A stretch of 48,846 nucleotides of DNA from a virus (lineage: Duplodnaviria; Caudoviricetes): positions 1 through 48,846 of the IMG/VR virus record IMGVR_UViG_3300035676_000011; one strand, written 5' to 3'. The position numbers and the translations under genes were made by a program. Positions 36,773 to 44,896 of this stretch are shown here, one piece after another (position 1 is the stretch's first letter; the number at the start of each line of letters is the position of its first letter). Below the pieces are notes generated by a model that saw only the letters and a list, made by a program, of their open reading frames with translations, ran no database searches and was not told the origin of the DNA.

Positions 36773-38136
36773 ACATACTCCCTAGCAAATGCTGCGTAAA
36801 TTATGTTACCATTTCCACCTAATGTTTGTGCGGTAACTGTCATGTTTATAGGAGTTCCATCTATTTTTGCACCTAGTTTTAGCTCTGCTGCTGCATCTTT
36901 AGCTAAATTTATAATGCTTGTTGTAGTTAAATCAACAAAAAATTCCATTATTAATTTGCCATTTGTAAAACCTGTTGCAGATATATCTTTTCTCGATATA
37001 TCACCCGCATTTACCCAACTTGGATTTGTTAAAATTGTATTTGAATATACTTTTATTAGCGTAGGTTTTGTACCAGAACTCATGTTGAATTGCATCGATA
37101 TTACTTCTATTAAATGGCGATAATATGAAGGTAATAAACTGACACTAAATAGATATATTTCTGTATTAGTAATTCCTTTTTCTGTTGTTCCTGATGTAAC
37201 AACTAGAGATTTTCCTACTGGTCTTTCTCCACCTTCGCAAGCCAAAGAAAAACAAGTTGTTTTAAATGTACATGCTTGAGAAACAGCAGCTAAATTTTCT
37301 ATTTCTGATCTAAAAGGAACGTGTGGATGTTGACTATATAAAGTGGTTTGGTGATTAGCGTGGTTAGCATAATGAACGTAGTATAATACCCCGTCAACAA
37401 CTATACCAAAACGAACGCGACCAACTCCTAGCCACTGATAGTCAAATACTAAAATTTGCGCTTTAGTCCAATCTATTGTTATTCCGCTGCTTCCTGTTCC
37501 ATCCATTTTATCAAAATTCCAGTTCGCTTGTTCTACTGGATAATCGTTTACTACTCCACCTATGTTTGATCTAATAACAACATATGCCTTGTCATTTTTT
37601 AATTCAAAAAACCAGCCATCTTTATCATCAAATAACCCAACACGTTTTCGATTATTTGTTATTTTTTGATTAAAATTACATGTTAATATTATAATGTTTG
37701 ATTTTCCTGGAGTATAAACAAATCGTTGGTAAGTTTGCCGAATTGCTTTATCTCCACTAGCTGTTGTTGTTTTCAGATCGATTGTAGAATAATTGTCATT
37801 AAAATCTACGCTAGCTGCACCTGTTAGGCTTTCGTCCCATTCGTAGTCAGTATGTTTTCCAGAGCGAGGTATAAAAGTGAATAGAGTTGATGCTTCTGCA
37901 ACCCGCAACCGACCAAAAGCATCTACACCAAACCCATCGTTTGCGCTTGTCGTTACTGATAGCTTATCGCCAAGGCTTGCTATTGGAATGCCACTAGCTC
38001 CGCATAAAACTGCCTGTACTGCCATACGATTTTTATTCGTAGCAGGAAAAACATCAACGGCATAAAGCTCATCTTGTCCGGCTATTCTTGTAGGTTCGTT
38101 ACTATATTCTAATTCTTCCGCAGTAGTTCCGCCCAT
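36769..38136 (-). CDS. Virion-associated protein with lectin-like (ConA-type) domain
   Basis: DAFGRLRV and FDYQWLGVGRVRFG motifs seen in phage structural proteins. Confidence 0.6.
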   Translation of the reverse strand: MGGTTAEELEYSNEPTRIAGQDELYAVDVFPATNKNRMAVQAVLCGASGIPIASLGDKLSVTTSANDGFGVDAFGRLRVAEASTLFTFIPRSGKHTDYEWDESLTGAASVDFNDNYSTIDLKTTTASGDKAIRQTYQRFVYTPGKSNIIILTCNFNQKITNNRKRVGLFDDKDGWFFELKNDKAYVVIRSNIGGVVNDYPVEQANWNFDKMDGTGSSGITIDWTKAQILVFDYQWLGVGRVRFGIVVDGVLYYVHYANHANHQTTLYSQHPHVPFRSEIENLAAVSQACTFKTTCFSLACEGGERPVGKSLVVTSGTTEKGITNTEIYLFSVSLLPSYYRHLIEVISMQFNMSSGTKPTLIKVYSNTILTNPSWVNAGDISRKDISATGFTNGKLIMEFFVDLTTTSIINLAKDAAAELKLGAKIDGTPINMTVTAQTLGGNGNIIYAAFAREYV

Positions 38137-38149
38137 AATTTCCTCTAAA

Positions 38150-38165
38150 GCGGGCGAAAACCCGC
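38150..38165 (-). terminator. Short GC hairpin, possible partial terminator
   Basis: GCGGG-TTTTCG-CCCGC followed by TTT. Confidence 0.45.
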
Positions 38166-38172
38166 ATTAAAA

Positions 38173-38889
38173 TTAAACTTCTCTAAACTGAATACTCCAA
38201 TAAACATCAGATGTGGAAGCATCGGTGTTAGTAACTCCTACGGCAATTGCTGCTGTTCCATCTCCTAATAAACTTAAATAAGAAATATCATGATCGCGAT
38301 TTTCTTTTGGATCTTGGAAATAAACGCCTTTTACAGTGGTGATCGAAGTTCCGTTTGAAGATAAACCAAAACGCACTTTAACACCGCCGCGCGCACCGAT
38401 TAAAAGGGTTTTTCCCCAAGCGGTTTTTAAGTTTGTCACTGGAAAAAATTTAATTATTTCTGAGTTTACACCGACTGTAGCTTCTGTCGCATACTCGGCT
38501 TTTAAAGTTCCCGATTCGCCGTTGGTTGTAACGTTTAACGAACCGTCGCTGTTGATAGCAAGCTGGTCGCCGTCAGCGTCTTTTATAGCTACATTATCAG
38601 TTGTGTAATCAAGTCCTCGGATATCCAGCGCAGAGGCATCCACCGTAATTGAAGAGCCATTGTCATCAATTGGCAAGGGGACGGGTAAAATTACTGCATT
38701 GCCGCTTACAGTATCTTTAGCCATCGCAGGAACGCCGAAATCATTAGTTCCTGCTGAATAAGCATCTCCTGCCTGGACAATGCTTAGAACGTCGGTGGCA
38801 ACGTCACCACTCTGACCGTCCACAATTTTAATTTTGGTTTCGTCATCGCGAACAGTTTTTATCGGTTTTGCTCCATCAAAATCAGCCAT
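38173..38889 (-). CDS. Head decoration / fibre-like protein
   Basis: CAGGAGG SD before ATG 38889; D/G/T-rich with a LAINSDGSLNV motif. Confidence 0.55.
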   Translation of the reverse strand: MADFDGAKPIKTVRDDETKIKIVDGQSGDVATDVLSIVQAGDAYSAGTNDFGVPAMAKDTVSGNAVILPVPLPIDDNGSSITVDASALDIRGLDYTTDNVAIKDADGDQLAINSDGSLNVTTNGESGTLKAEYATEATVGVNSEIIKFFPVTNLKTAWGKTLLIGARGGVKVRFGLSSNGTSITTVKGVYFQDPKENRDHDISYLSLLGDGTAAIAVGVTNTDASTSDVYWSIQFREV

Positions 38890-38968
38890 GGCATCCTCCT
38901 GAAAAGGCTGTAAATAATCTTTCATCAAATGGTCGGTTTCCAGATAATTTTTAACCGCCATAAGATAC

Positions 38969-39181
38969 TCACAAACTGTTTAATTCGCGCCTTTTTGCGC
39001 TTATCATACCCTCTAGCTCTGTCATTCTAGCCTTAACGCATAATTCTTGTTTTTTGCATTCTGCAAGCTTTCTTTTTTCTCCAATCATCTGTGTTTCGTA
39101 CGCATGAATATCATACTCTACTTTTTGAATAGCTATTTCTCTATCAATGCTATCCTGTGTTGCATCTGCTAAAAATGTCAT
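38969..39181 (-). CDS. Small coiled-coil protein
   Basis: ATGA-coupled, GAGGAG SD. Confidence 0.6.
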   Translation of the reverse strand: MTFLADATQDSIDREIAIQKVEYDIHAYETQMIGEKRKLAECKKQELCVKARMTELEGMISAKRRELNSL

Positions 39182-40038
39182 AAAGTCTCCTCAAAACCAT
39201 AAATCCAAGTCTCAATCTCTGAATTGCTAGAAACAATTGTGGTATTTTTTGCATAAACCTTTAGATTTTGTCCCTCGTTCATAATAAAAGGATAATCTAA
39301 ATAAAGTTTAACCTCCCTTTCATCATAATTCGAGCGACGAGTCAAAACCGCTGTGCCATCTATTTGACAGCGCCATTTTGCTTGGCAATCTGAAGCGCCA
39401 AAACCAGAAATCCAAATAAATCGTTTGCCAATTGGAACAGTATAATCTAAAGCGAGGTTTTCTGTTCCAGGAGTTACTCCTAGATTTTGCATATATAAAC
39501 GTTTATTTATTTCGCGAGAATCCGCCACTATTTCGACTAATAGTCTGCCATTTCTTGCTTGAATGAAGTTAAATTGGCTATCGTCTACATCTAAGCCCAT
39601 AATGGGCATGCCTTTATCGCGAAGATAATTTACTATCTCTTCGTCGTATTTGAGCGCATTATCTAGATCAGATGTGAAAGAAGACACGACCGTTATATAA
39701 ACAGAAAATTTAGCCGTTCCTCCCAAAACCTCGCATCGCACAATAGGTTTATTATGTATTTTTGTTACTGATATTCTGTCAATATCTCCAGCGGCAGACA
39801 AAATTCTGTGTGCTTCTAGCTGATACGCTTCTCCAAGTTGTTCACCTGTTGTGTAGTCGTAATAGGAAACTGCGACGGTAGCACCTACATCTATAGAATC
39901 AACAAATACAGTTGATAAAATTGAATTTCCTTCAATTAAAAGCGGGCGTTCGTATATTCCGGCGGCTCTAGCCTCTAGTCCTAGCGGGACAACGCTATCA
40001 AATTCTTTTAATCGTCTTAAATAAGCGTTATCTGCCAT
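39178..40038 (-). CDS. Head-associated structural protein
   Basis: First gene after the capsid; DYTVPIGK beta-sandwich C-terminus. Confidence 0.55.
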   Translation of the reverse strand: MADNAYLRRLKEFDSVVPLGLEARAAGIYERPLLIEGNSILSTVFVDSIDVGATVAVSYYDYTTGEQLGEAYQLEAHRILSAAGDIDRISVTKIHNKPIVRCEVLGGTAKFSVYITVVSSFTSDLDNALKYDEEIVNYLRDKGMPIMGLDVDDSQFNFIQARNGRLLVEIVADSREINKRLYMQNLGVTPGTENLALDYTVPIGKRFIWISGFGASDCQAKWRCQIDGTAVLTRRSNYDEREVKLYLDYPFIMNEGQNLKVYAKNTTIVSSNSEIETWIYGFEETL

Positions 40039-40052
40039 AGAAAACCTCTTTA

Positions 40053-40093
40053 ATAAAGAAAACCCGTTACCCGTTTTACCAGGAAACGGGTTT
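40053..40093 (-). terminator. Terminator-like hairpin after the major capsid gene
   Basis: AAACCCGTTT...AAACGGGT AACGGGTTTT, then CTTTATT. Confidence 0.55.
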
Positions 40094-40129
40094 CCCCATA
40101 CCTCTATAAAATGCTTTGCATGTTTAGCA

Positions 40130-41488
40130 TTATAGAGTAATATTTATACCATAAATTACAGATTTTTCGGTTGCGCTTTGGGTCATTCCTTGGAAATCAG
40201 CGCGTTGATAAGACACTAATTGCCATCTATCATACTCAGCGCGAGCATCCATTGCTACGCGAATGCGGATTGGACGGCGACGACCGAGGTAAAATCTGGT
40301 TTTGTTAACTAAAAGCATCACGCCTTTGGTAGTCGTTACTCCATCATATACACCAGATGCATTTAAATTTTCCCAAATGTATTCACTCGTAACAATTGGT
40401 CTGCCTTTATATGCGGCTAGATATCCAGTCAATATAGTAGCCATAGCACCAAACTTATCTACTGTTGTTACGTCATCCAAAGCGGCCATTTGGTGATATC
40501 CTTGAGGAGACACGAAAAACAAAGCTTCCCTCGGATTAATTCCAAATTTACCAGAAGCAGCAAGCATTTCATCTATTTTTGTATCAGAAATTGCGCCGCC
40601 AAAATCCACAATTGAGCCATTTCCAGAGTTAGCGAGTGCTAACTTGCGAAGACCTTTCCATGCTTTTCTAGCATCACTAGCCACAGTTACGTTGCTATCC
40701 ATATGCGGTGCGGTTGTATCGCCGTTCAAAATTGCCGTCTCCAAAGCTTTCAATTGTGCATCAAGAACTTGTGCTCTACCCAATGTTAGGAACGCAACTG
40801 CAGAATCTTCATTAAGTTCTTCCGGTAAATTGTATAATTCAACAAGTTTATTTGCTGCGTCAAAAGTAAGAGCATCGGTGCCAAAGTTTGAATCCGTAGC
40901 ACTTACGCCTTCTGCTACAATTCTTGCAACAGTTCCATCTTTCACAACAGGATATTTGAACGGATTTGTTGGCATAGGAAGTTCTTGAAAGCTATTTGCG
41001 ACTTTCTTTTCAAGCAAATACTCATCAATATAGCTGCTAGAAATTGCTGTCTCTATGTATTCAGCACCGCCGCCGCTAACGCCTGTTCCAAATGCTTTTA
41101 CGCGAGCAAGTAGATCGGTTTCTTTAGCATAACGAGTATTGAAAATATTTTTAACATTAGCTATTTCATTAGATTTTTCTATTTCTCCGCGATCCAAAGT
41201 TGCGCCTTCGCAGATTTGTGCATACCAACGAGCTATATCAATATCTTTTTTTAGTTCACACACGGAAAGCTTATCTTCTAAAGAAACTCCTTTAAATTTA
41301 GGAGCAGCAGTGTTTACTTGCAAAAGAGATTTAAGATCTGAGCATAGAAATTTACGCATTAATCTACGTTCATCACTGCCAACAAAGCTTTGTTGTCCGC
41401 CTGCAATCTGTTTTTCCAAATCTATCATTTTAGATTTAGCTGCGGAAAAATTTTTTTCTAACTCTTCATATTGCTTTACAATATCCAT
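40130..41488 (-). CDS. Major capsid protein (HK97 fold)
   Basis: LPEELNEDS, AILNGD, GRPIVTSE, RADF; GGAGG SD places the start at 41488. Confidence 0.92.
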   Translation of the reverse strand: MDIVKQYEELEKNFSAAKSKMIDLEKQIAGGQQSFVGSDERRLMRKFLCSDLKSLLQVNTAAPKFKGVSLEDKLSVCELKKDIDIARWYAQICEGATLDRGEIEKSNEIANVKNIFNTRYAKETDLLARVKAFGTGVSGGGAEYIETAISSSYIDEYLLEKKVANSFQELPMPTNPFKYPVVKDGTVARIVAEGVSATDSNFGTDALTFDAANKLVELYNLPEELNEDSAVAFLTLGRAQVLDAQLKALETAILNGDTTAPHMDSNVTVASDARKAWKGLRKLALANSGNGSIVDFGGAISDTKIDEMLAASGKFGINPREALFFVSPQGYHQMAALDDVTTVDKFGAMATILTGYLAAYKGRPIVTSEYIWENLNASGVYDGVTTTKGVMLLVNKTRFYLGRRRPIRIRVAMDARAEYDRWQLVSYQRADFQGMTQSATEKSVIYGINITL

Positions 41489-41511
41489 TTTTTCGCCCTC
41501 CATGGCATTAT

Positions 41512-42630
41512 TTATAGTTTTAGATCCTTTACTATATTAGAAATTCTTTCATGAATTTCTTTTATTTTTTCCAGATCTTTTTGCGCAACTTGTTCTGAAC
41601 TTCCCTGCCCATTACTAGGTTGCGGTGGATTAACTGGGTTTTCTCCTTCAGTATTGCTCGTTTCATCTTCTTTTTCAAGTATCCTGATCAACATTTGATT
41701 CATGGAGGCTAGCTGCTCGGAAATTTTACCCAAAAGAGCTAAAGAAGATTTCATCAGATCCATATAGGGATTGCCAAAATTTGTGGGGTCATCGCTTGGC
41801 TGAGGCATTGGAGTAGCTGGAGGGGTTCCTGGTTGAGCCTTCTCTTCTTTAGGTTTTTTTGGATTGCATTCTTTAGCTGCTTCCGAAGCAACATTATCCG
41901 CAAAATCAAACATCGCCTGACTCATAATAGTAACATCACACTTTCCTTCTTCTCTACACATAGACATGGCTATAGCCACCGCTTGTTGCTGCGGTTTGCC
42001 TTCTTGAATAAGTTTTGGGATTTTTGCACTAACACAATCTTGAAATGCAGATTTCATTTCATCTTCTGTAGGCTCTTTTGGATCAGAATTATCAGGATTT
42101 TTAGGGTCAGCAGGCATTGGATCTTCTTGAGCAGCTTTAACTATGCTTCTGGCTTCGTCCAATGTTTTGGCACTCGCCAACATTTTGGCTAAGGAAAACT
42201 CTGCTTCAATATTGGCTGGAAGTGTCACAACAGATACTTCATTTAGTCGCCATTCTTTGATCTCGTTATATCCAGCTTCCCGATTTAATTGCTCATCTTT
42301 AGGCTCAAAGCCGATAGAGAGTGTCTTTAAAATTCCCTCTTTTACAAGATCACGGATATAAGAAATGGCAGGGTCTTTAGAATTGGAAACAAGCCCCTTT
42401 ACCCATAGGCCAGCATCAGAAACTTTCCATTCTAACCATTTCCCTATCGGCATATCTCTATCATGATTAAAAAACATGATTGGATTTCTTTTAAAGCGAT
42501 TTAGATCCACTTTATCGAAAGCCATTTTATCGCCCACATCGTCAACAACAGGCTTATTAGCCCACCCTTCGATAGTGACATGCCCTTCTTTTGTTTCTTG
42601 AGCTTTAAGCTCCGAAAAAATTCTTTTCAT
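41512..42630 (-). CDS. HK97-type prohead protease with scaffold-like extension
   Basis: FFNHD...PIGK, LSIGF, EVSVVTLPAN; Pro-rich C-terminal half. Confidence 0.92.
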   Translation of the reverse strand: MKRIFSELKAQETKEGHVTIEGWANKPVVDDVGDKMAFDKVDLNRFKRNPIMFFNHDRDMPIGKWLEWKVSDAGLWVKGLVSNSKDPAISYIRDLVKEGILKTLSIGFEPKDEQLNREAGYNEIKEWRLNEVSVVTLPANIEAEFSLAKMLASAKTLDEARSIVKAAQEDPMPADPKNPDNSDPKEPTEDEMKSAFQDCVSAKIPKLIQEGKPQQQAVAIAMSMCREEGKCDVTIMSQAMFDFADNVASEAAKECNPKKPKEEKAQPGTPPATPMPQPSDDPTNFGNPYMDLMKSSLALLGKISEQLASMNQMLIRILEKEDETSNTEGENPVNPPQPSNGQGSSEQVAQKDLEKIKEIHERISNIVKDLKL

Positions 42631-42632
42631 AA

Positions 42633-42662
42633 TGCCTCCCTGGCAAAAATAGCTTCCTGCTA
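42633..42662 (-). promoter_or_regulatory. Tandem GGA stem-loops at the protease RBS
   Basis: TAGC-AGGAA-GCTA, then TGCC-AGGGA-GGCA. Confidence 0.6.
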
Positions 42663-42668
42663 AAAGAA

Positions 42669-44876
42669 TTATGTTCCTGGCAAATTAATTAAGTCAACAT
42701 CTCTTTCGTCAATTATTGCAACAGTACAACGACAATTTATTACTGCCGCTGGCTCATTTTTTACAGATGGGTCGCGTGGAACTTGCATCTTTACCCCGTC
42801 CATATTAAAGGAGTCATTTATATCAACAATATCTCCGTGTAAATCCCAATGGGAAAACTCTGCATTAGGATATTTTCCTCCTGGTTTTCCGCGCACACGT
42901 TCATCATTTGCAGTAATCCAAACTTTTTTAGCTCCTGGAATAACTTCCTGTGTATTCTTAATGGCTGATTTTTGTCCGATTGATACTGCTGTTAATGTTT
43001 CAGTGCGAGAAATAGTCCTAGATCGATTAAAAGTAAGTTCAGAAAATGTAGAAACTAAAGCACGCATTATTTCTGGTAAAGTGTTTTGATTTTCTACACC
43101 AGAAGCAATTGCTCTAACTATATTGTCAGAAGTAGTGTTTGATATATTTACAAAACTTTCTAACCCTCTTCTAGCCAAAATTCTTTGTCTTTGTATTTCA
43201 GTCTCTTCTTTCAAAGCTTCTATTGCATCTCTATTTTCTTGGTTAAATACTAACTTTAACTGCGAATCATACCCCATATCTGGAGTATCTTTTAAAATAG
43301 TTACATATTCTTTTTCCCACCGAGGATAAGAAAACTCTTCTTTAAGACGTTTCTTAAATTCTGTTTCATTAAACCACCCTGCTTTTATTCCTTTTTCTTT
43401 AGGGGCAATTTCTTTTAATATCTCTAAAGATTTTTTTACTTGCGCCAATATCATATCCGTTGCTAATTCTTGCATATCTTTTTCTGTTTTTAAAAGTTCT
43501 GCATCTATATCTTTCATATGTGTAGAAAAGTTTTCGTGTTCAACTATTTTATTTATTCCTGAAAATTTTTCCACTTGAATAGAAGGAGCTGGCTCATTAA
43601 TGTGGTTAACGTTATTTGTAGGAGCATTATTTAAACCAGCACCAAACGAATCAGGTACAGCAACAGGAGGAGGCAAAATGCCCGGAATAATATCTCCACC
43701 AGGAAGTGGCTCCATTTCATAAACTAATCTTCTTATTTCATTAATTGTATGCGTTTTTGACAACCCATTAGCATATTCAGTTCTTTTTGTCGCCTCATCT
43801 GAAGCAATTTCAACTTCAGATGTATCATAATCTATTAAATAATTATCACCTAACTCAGATTTAAAAAATTTTGATAAAGCTTCTGAAAATCTCTTTAGCA
43901 TCGGCTTTACTGTGCTTCCCCACATAAAACGCAATGCTGTTTTGTGTTCTTCAGATCCTAAAGATCCTGCGGTCTGTAAAGATACAGCATGTTTTGGTAT
44001 TGCTAATAAGTTTATTATAGATTCTCGGCTCTGGTTAACCAATTCTATTAGCTTTTGGTCTGCAATCGTCATGTTTATTTGAGTAGCTTTGGCTCCTTTA
44101 GGTAAAACTAAAGGTCGTCTAAAATTCTGCCTTCCTGAATTAACTAACTCAAAGCTCTTTGCAAGAGTAGCTATTGCATCTGGACTATTTATTATATCAG
44201 TTTCGATTATGGTTTGTGGGGTAGCACCTTTTACAAAAAAACTGTTGATAAATTCTTGAGAATATCGATTAAATAAAATAGATCTATGTCCAGGAATAAA
44301 AGGAGATAAGCCCCACCATATTGACCCAGGGTTAGGTCGTTGTACATGAAGCATATCTTCCCTGGAAAAATTATAGATATTTGTTATGTTGTCCGTTCCG
44401 CCTGTCCACAAAAATGATTCCAATAATCTAGTTTTGTCATTAAAACGTAACATAACTTCGTGGCTTGGAATCAGTAACAGTTTTCTATTTGCTCGCATGT
44501 ACCAAATAAAAGTGTTACCTAAAAGATTGTAGTTAACCGCTGCCCGATACCAGAAAGCGGAAGCATCTCCGTAAATAGATGGATCATCTAACAATGACTG
44601 TAGAGGATGATTTTCTGCTGGTTGGAGAACTAGTTTGTTGTCTACATAGCTTTTTTCCATAATGCGCAGGTAGGGCATAATGAAGTTACGCGCTAATAAA
44701 TCAGTTGTTATGAAAACCCAATCTTCCGAATAAAAAAGACCCATTAGCGTTCTTGCAGCTAAAAATGCTTTATTTTCGTATTCTAATTGCCCGTTCAAAA
44801 GATCATCTGCGTCTATCGCATCTTCCCAAGACAACGATTTTTCATTGTCAAAGGCTAAAACTTTATTTGAATGCAT
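42669..44876 (-). CDS. Portal protein fused to a MuF/SPP1-gp7-like domain
   Basis: LLGNTF, WGLSP, FFVKGATP, TINEIR (HK97 portal); SRTISRTET, KVWITANDERVR, INCRC (MuF). Confidence 0.9.
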   Translation of the reverse strand: MHSNKVLAFDNEKSLSWEDAIDADDLLNGQLEYENKAFLAARTLMGLFYSEDWVFITTDLLARNFIMPYLRIMEKSYVDNKLVLQPAENHPLQSLLDDPSIYGDASAFWYRAAVNYNLLGNTFIWYMRANRKLLLIPSHEVMLRFNDKTRLLESFLWTGGTDNITNIYNFSREDMLHVQRPNPGSIWWGLSPFIPGHRSILFNRYSQEFINSFFVKGATPQTIIETDIINSPDAIATLAKSFELVNSGRQNFRRPLVLPKGAKATQINMTIADQKLIELVNQSRESIINLLAIPKHAVSLQTAGSLGSEEHKTALRFMWGSTVKPMLKRFSEALSKFFKSELGDNYLIDYDTSEVEIASDEATKRTEYANGLSKTHTINEIRRLVYEMEPLPGGDIIPGILPPPVAVPDSFGAGLNNAPTNNVNHINEPAPSIQVEKFSGINKIVEHENFSTHMKDIDAELLKTEKDMQELATDMILAQVKKSLEILKEIAPKEKGIKAGWFNETEFKKRLKEEFSYPRWEKEYVTILKDTPDMGYDSQLKLVFNQENRDAIEALKEETEIQRQRILARRGLESFVNISNTTSDNIVRAIASGVENQNTLPEIMRALVSTFSELTFNRSRTISRTETLTAVSIGQKSAIKNTQEVIPGAKKVWITANDERVRGKPGGKYPNAEFSHWDLHGDIVDINDSFNMDGVKMQVPRDPSVKNEPAAVINCRCTVAIIDERDVDLINLPGT

Positions 44877-44896
44877 AAAAGATCTTCCTTGATTTT

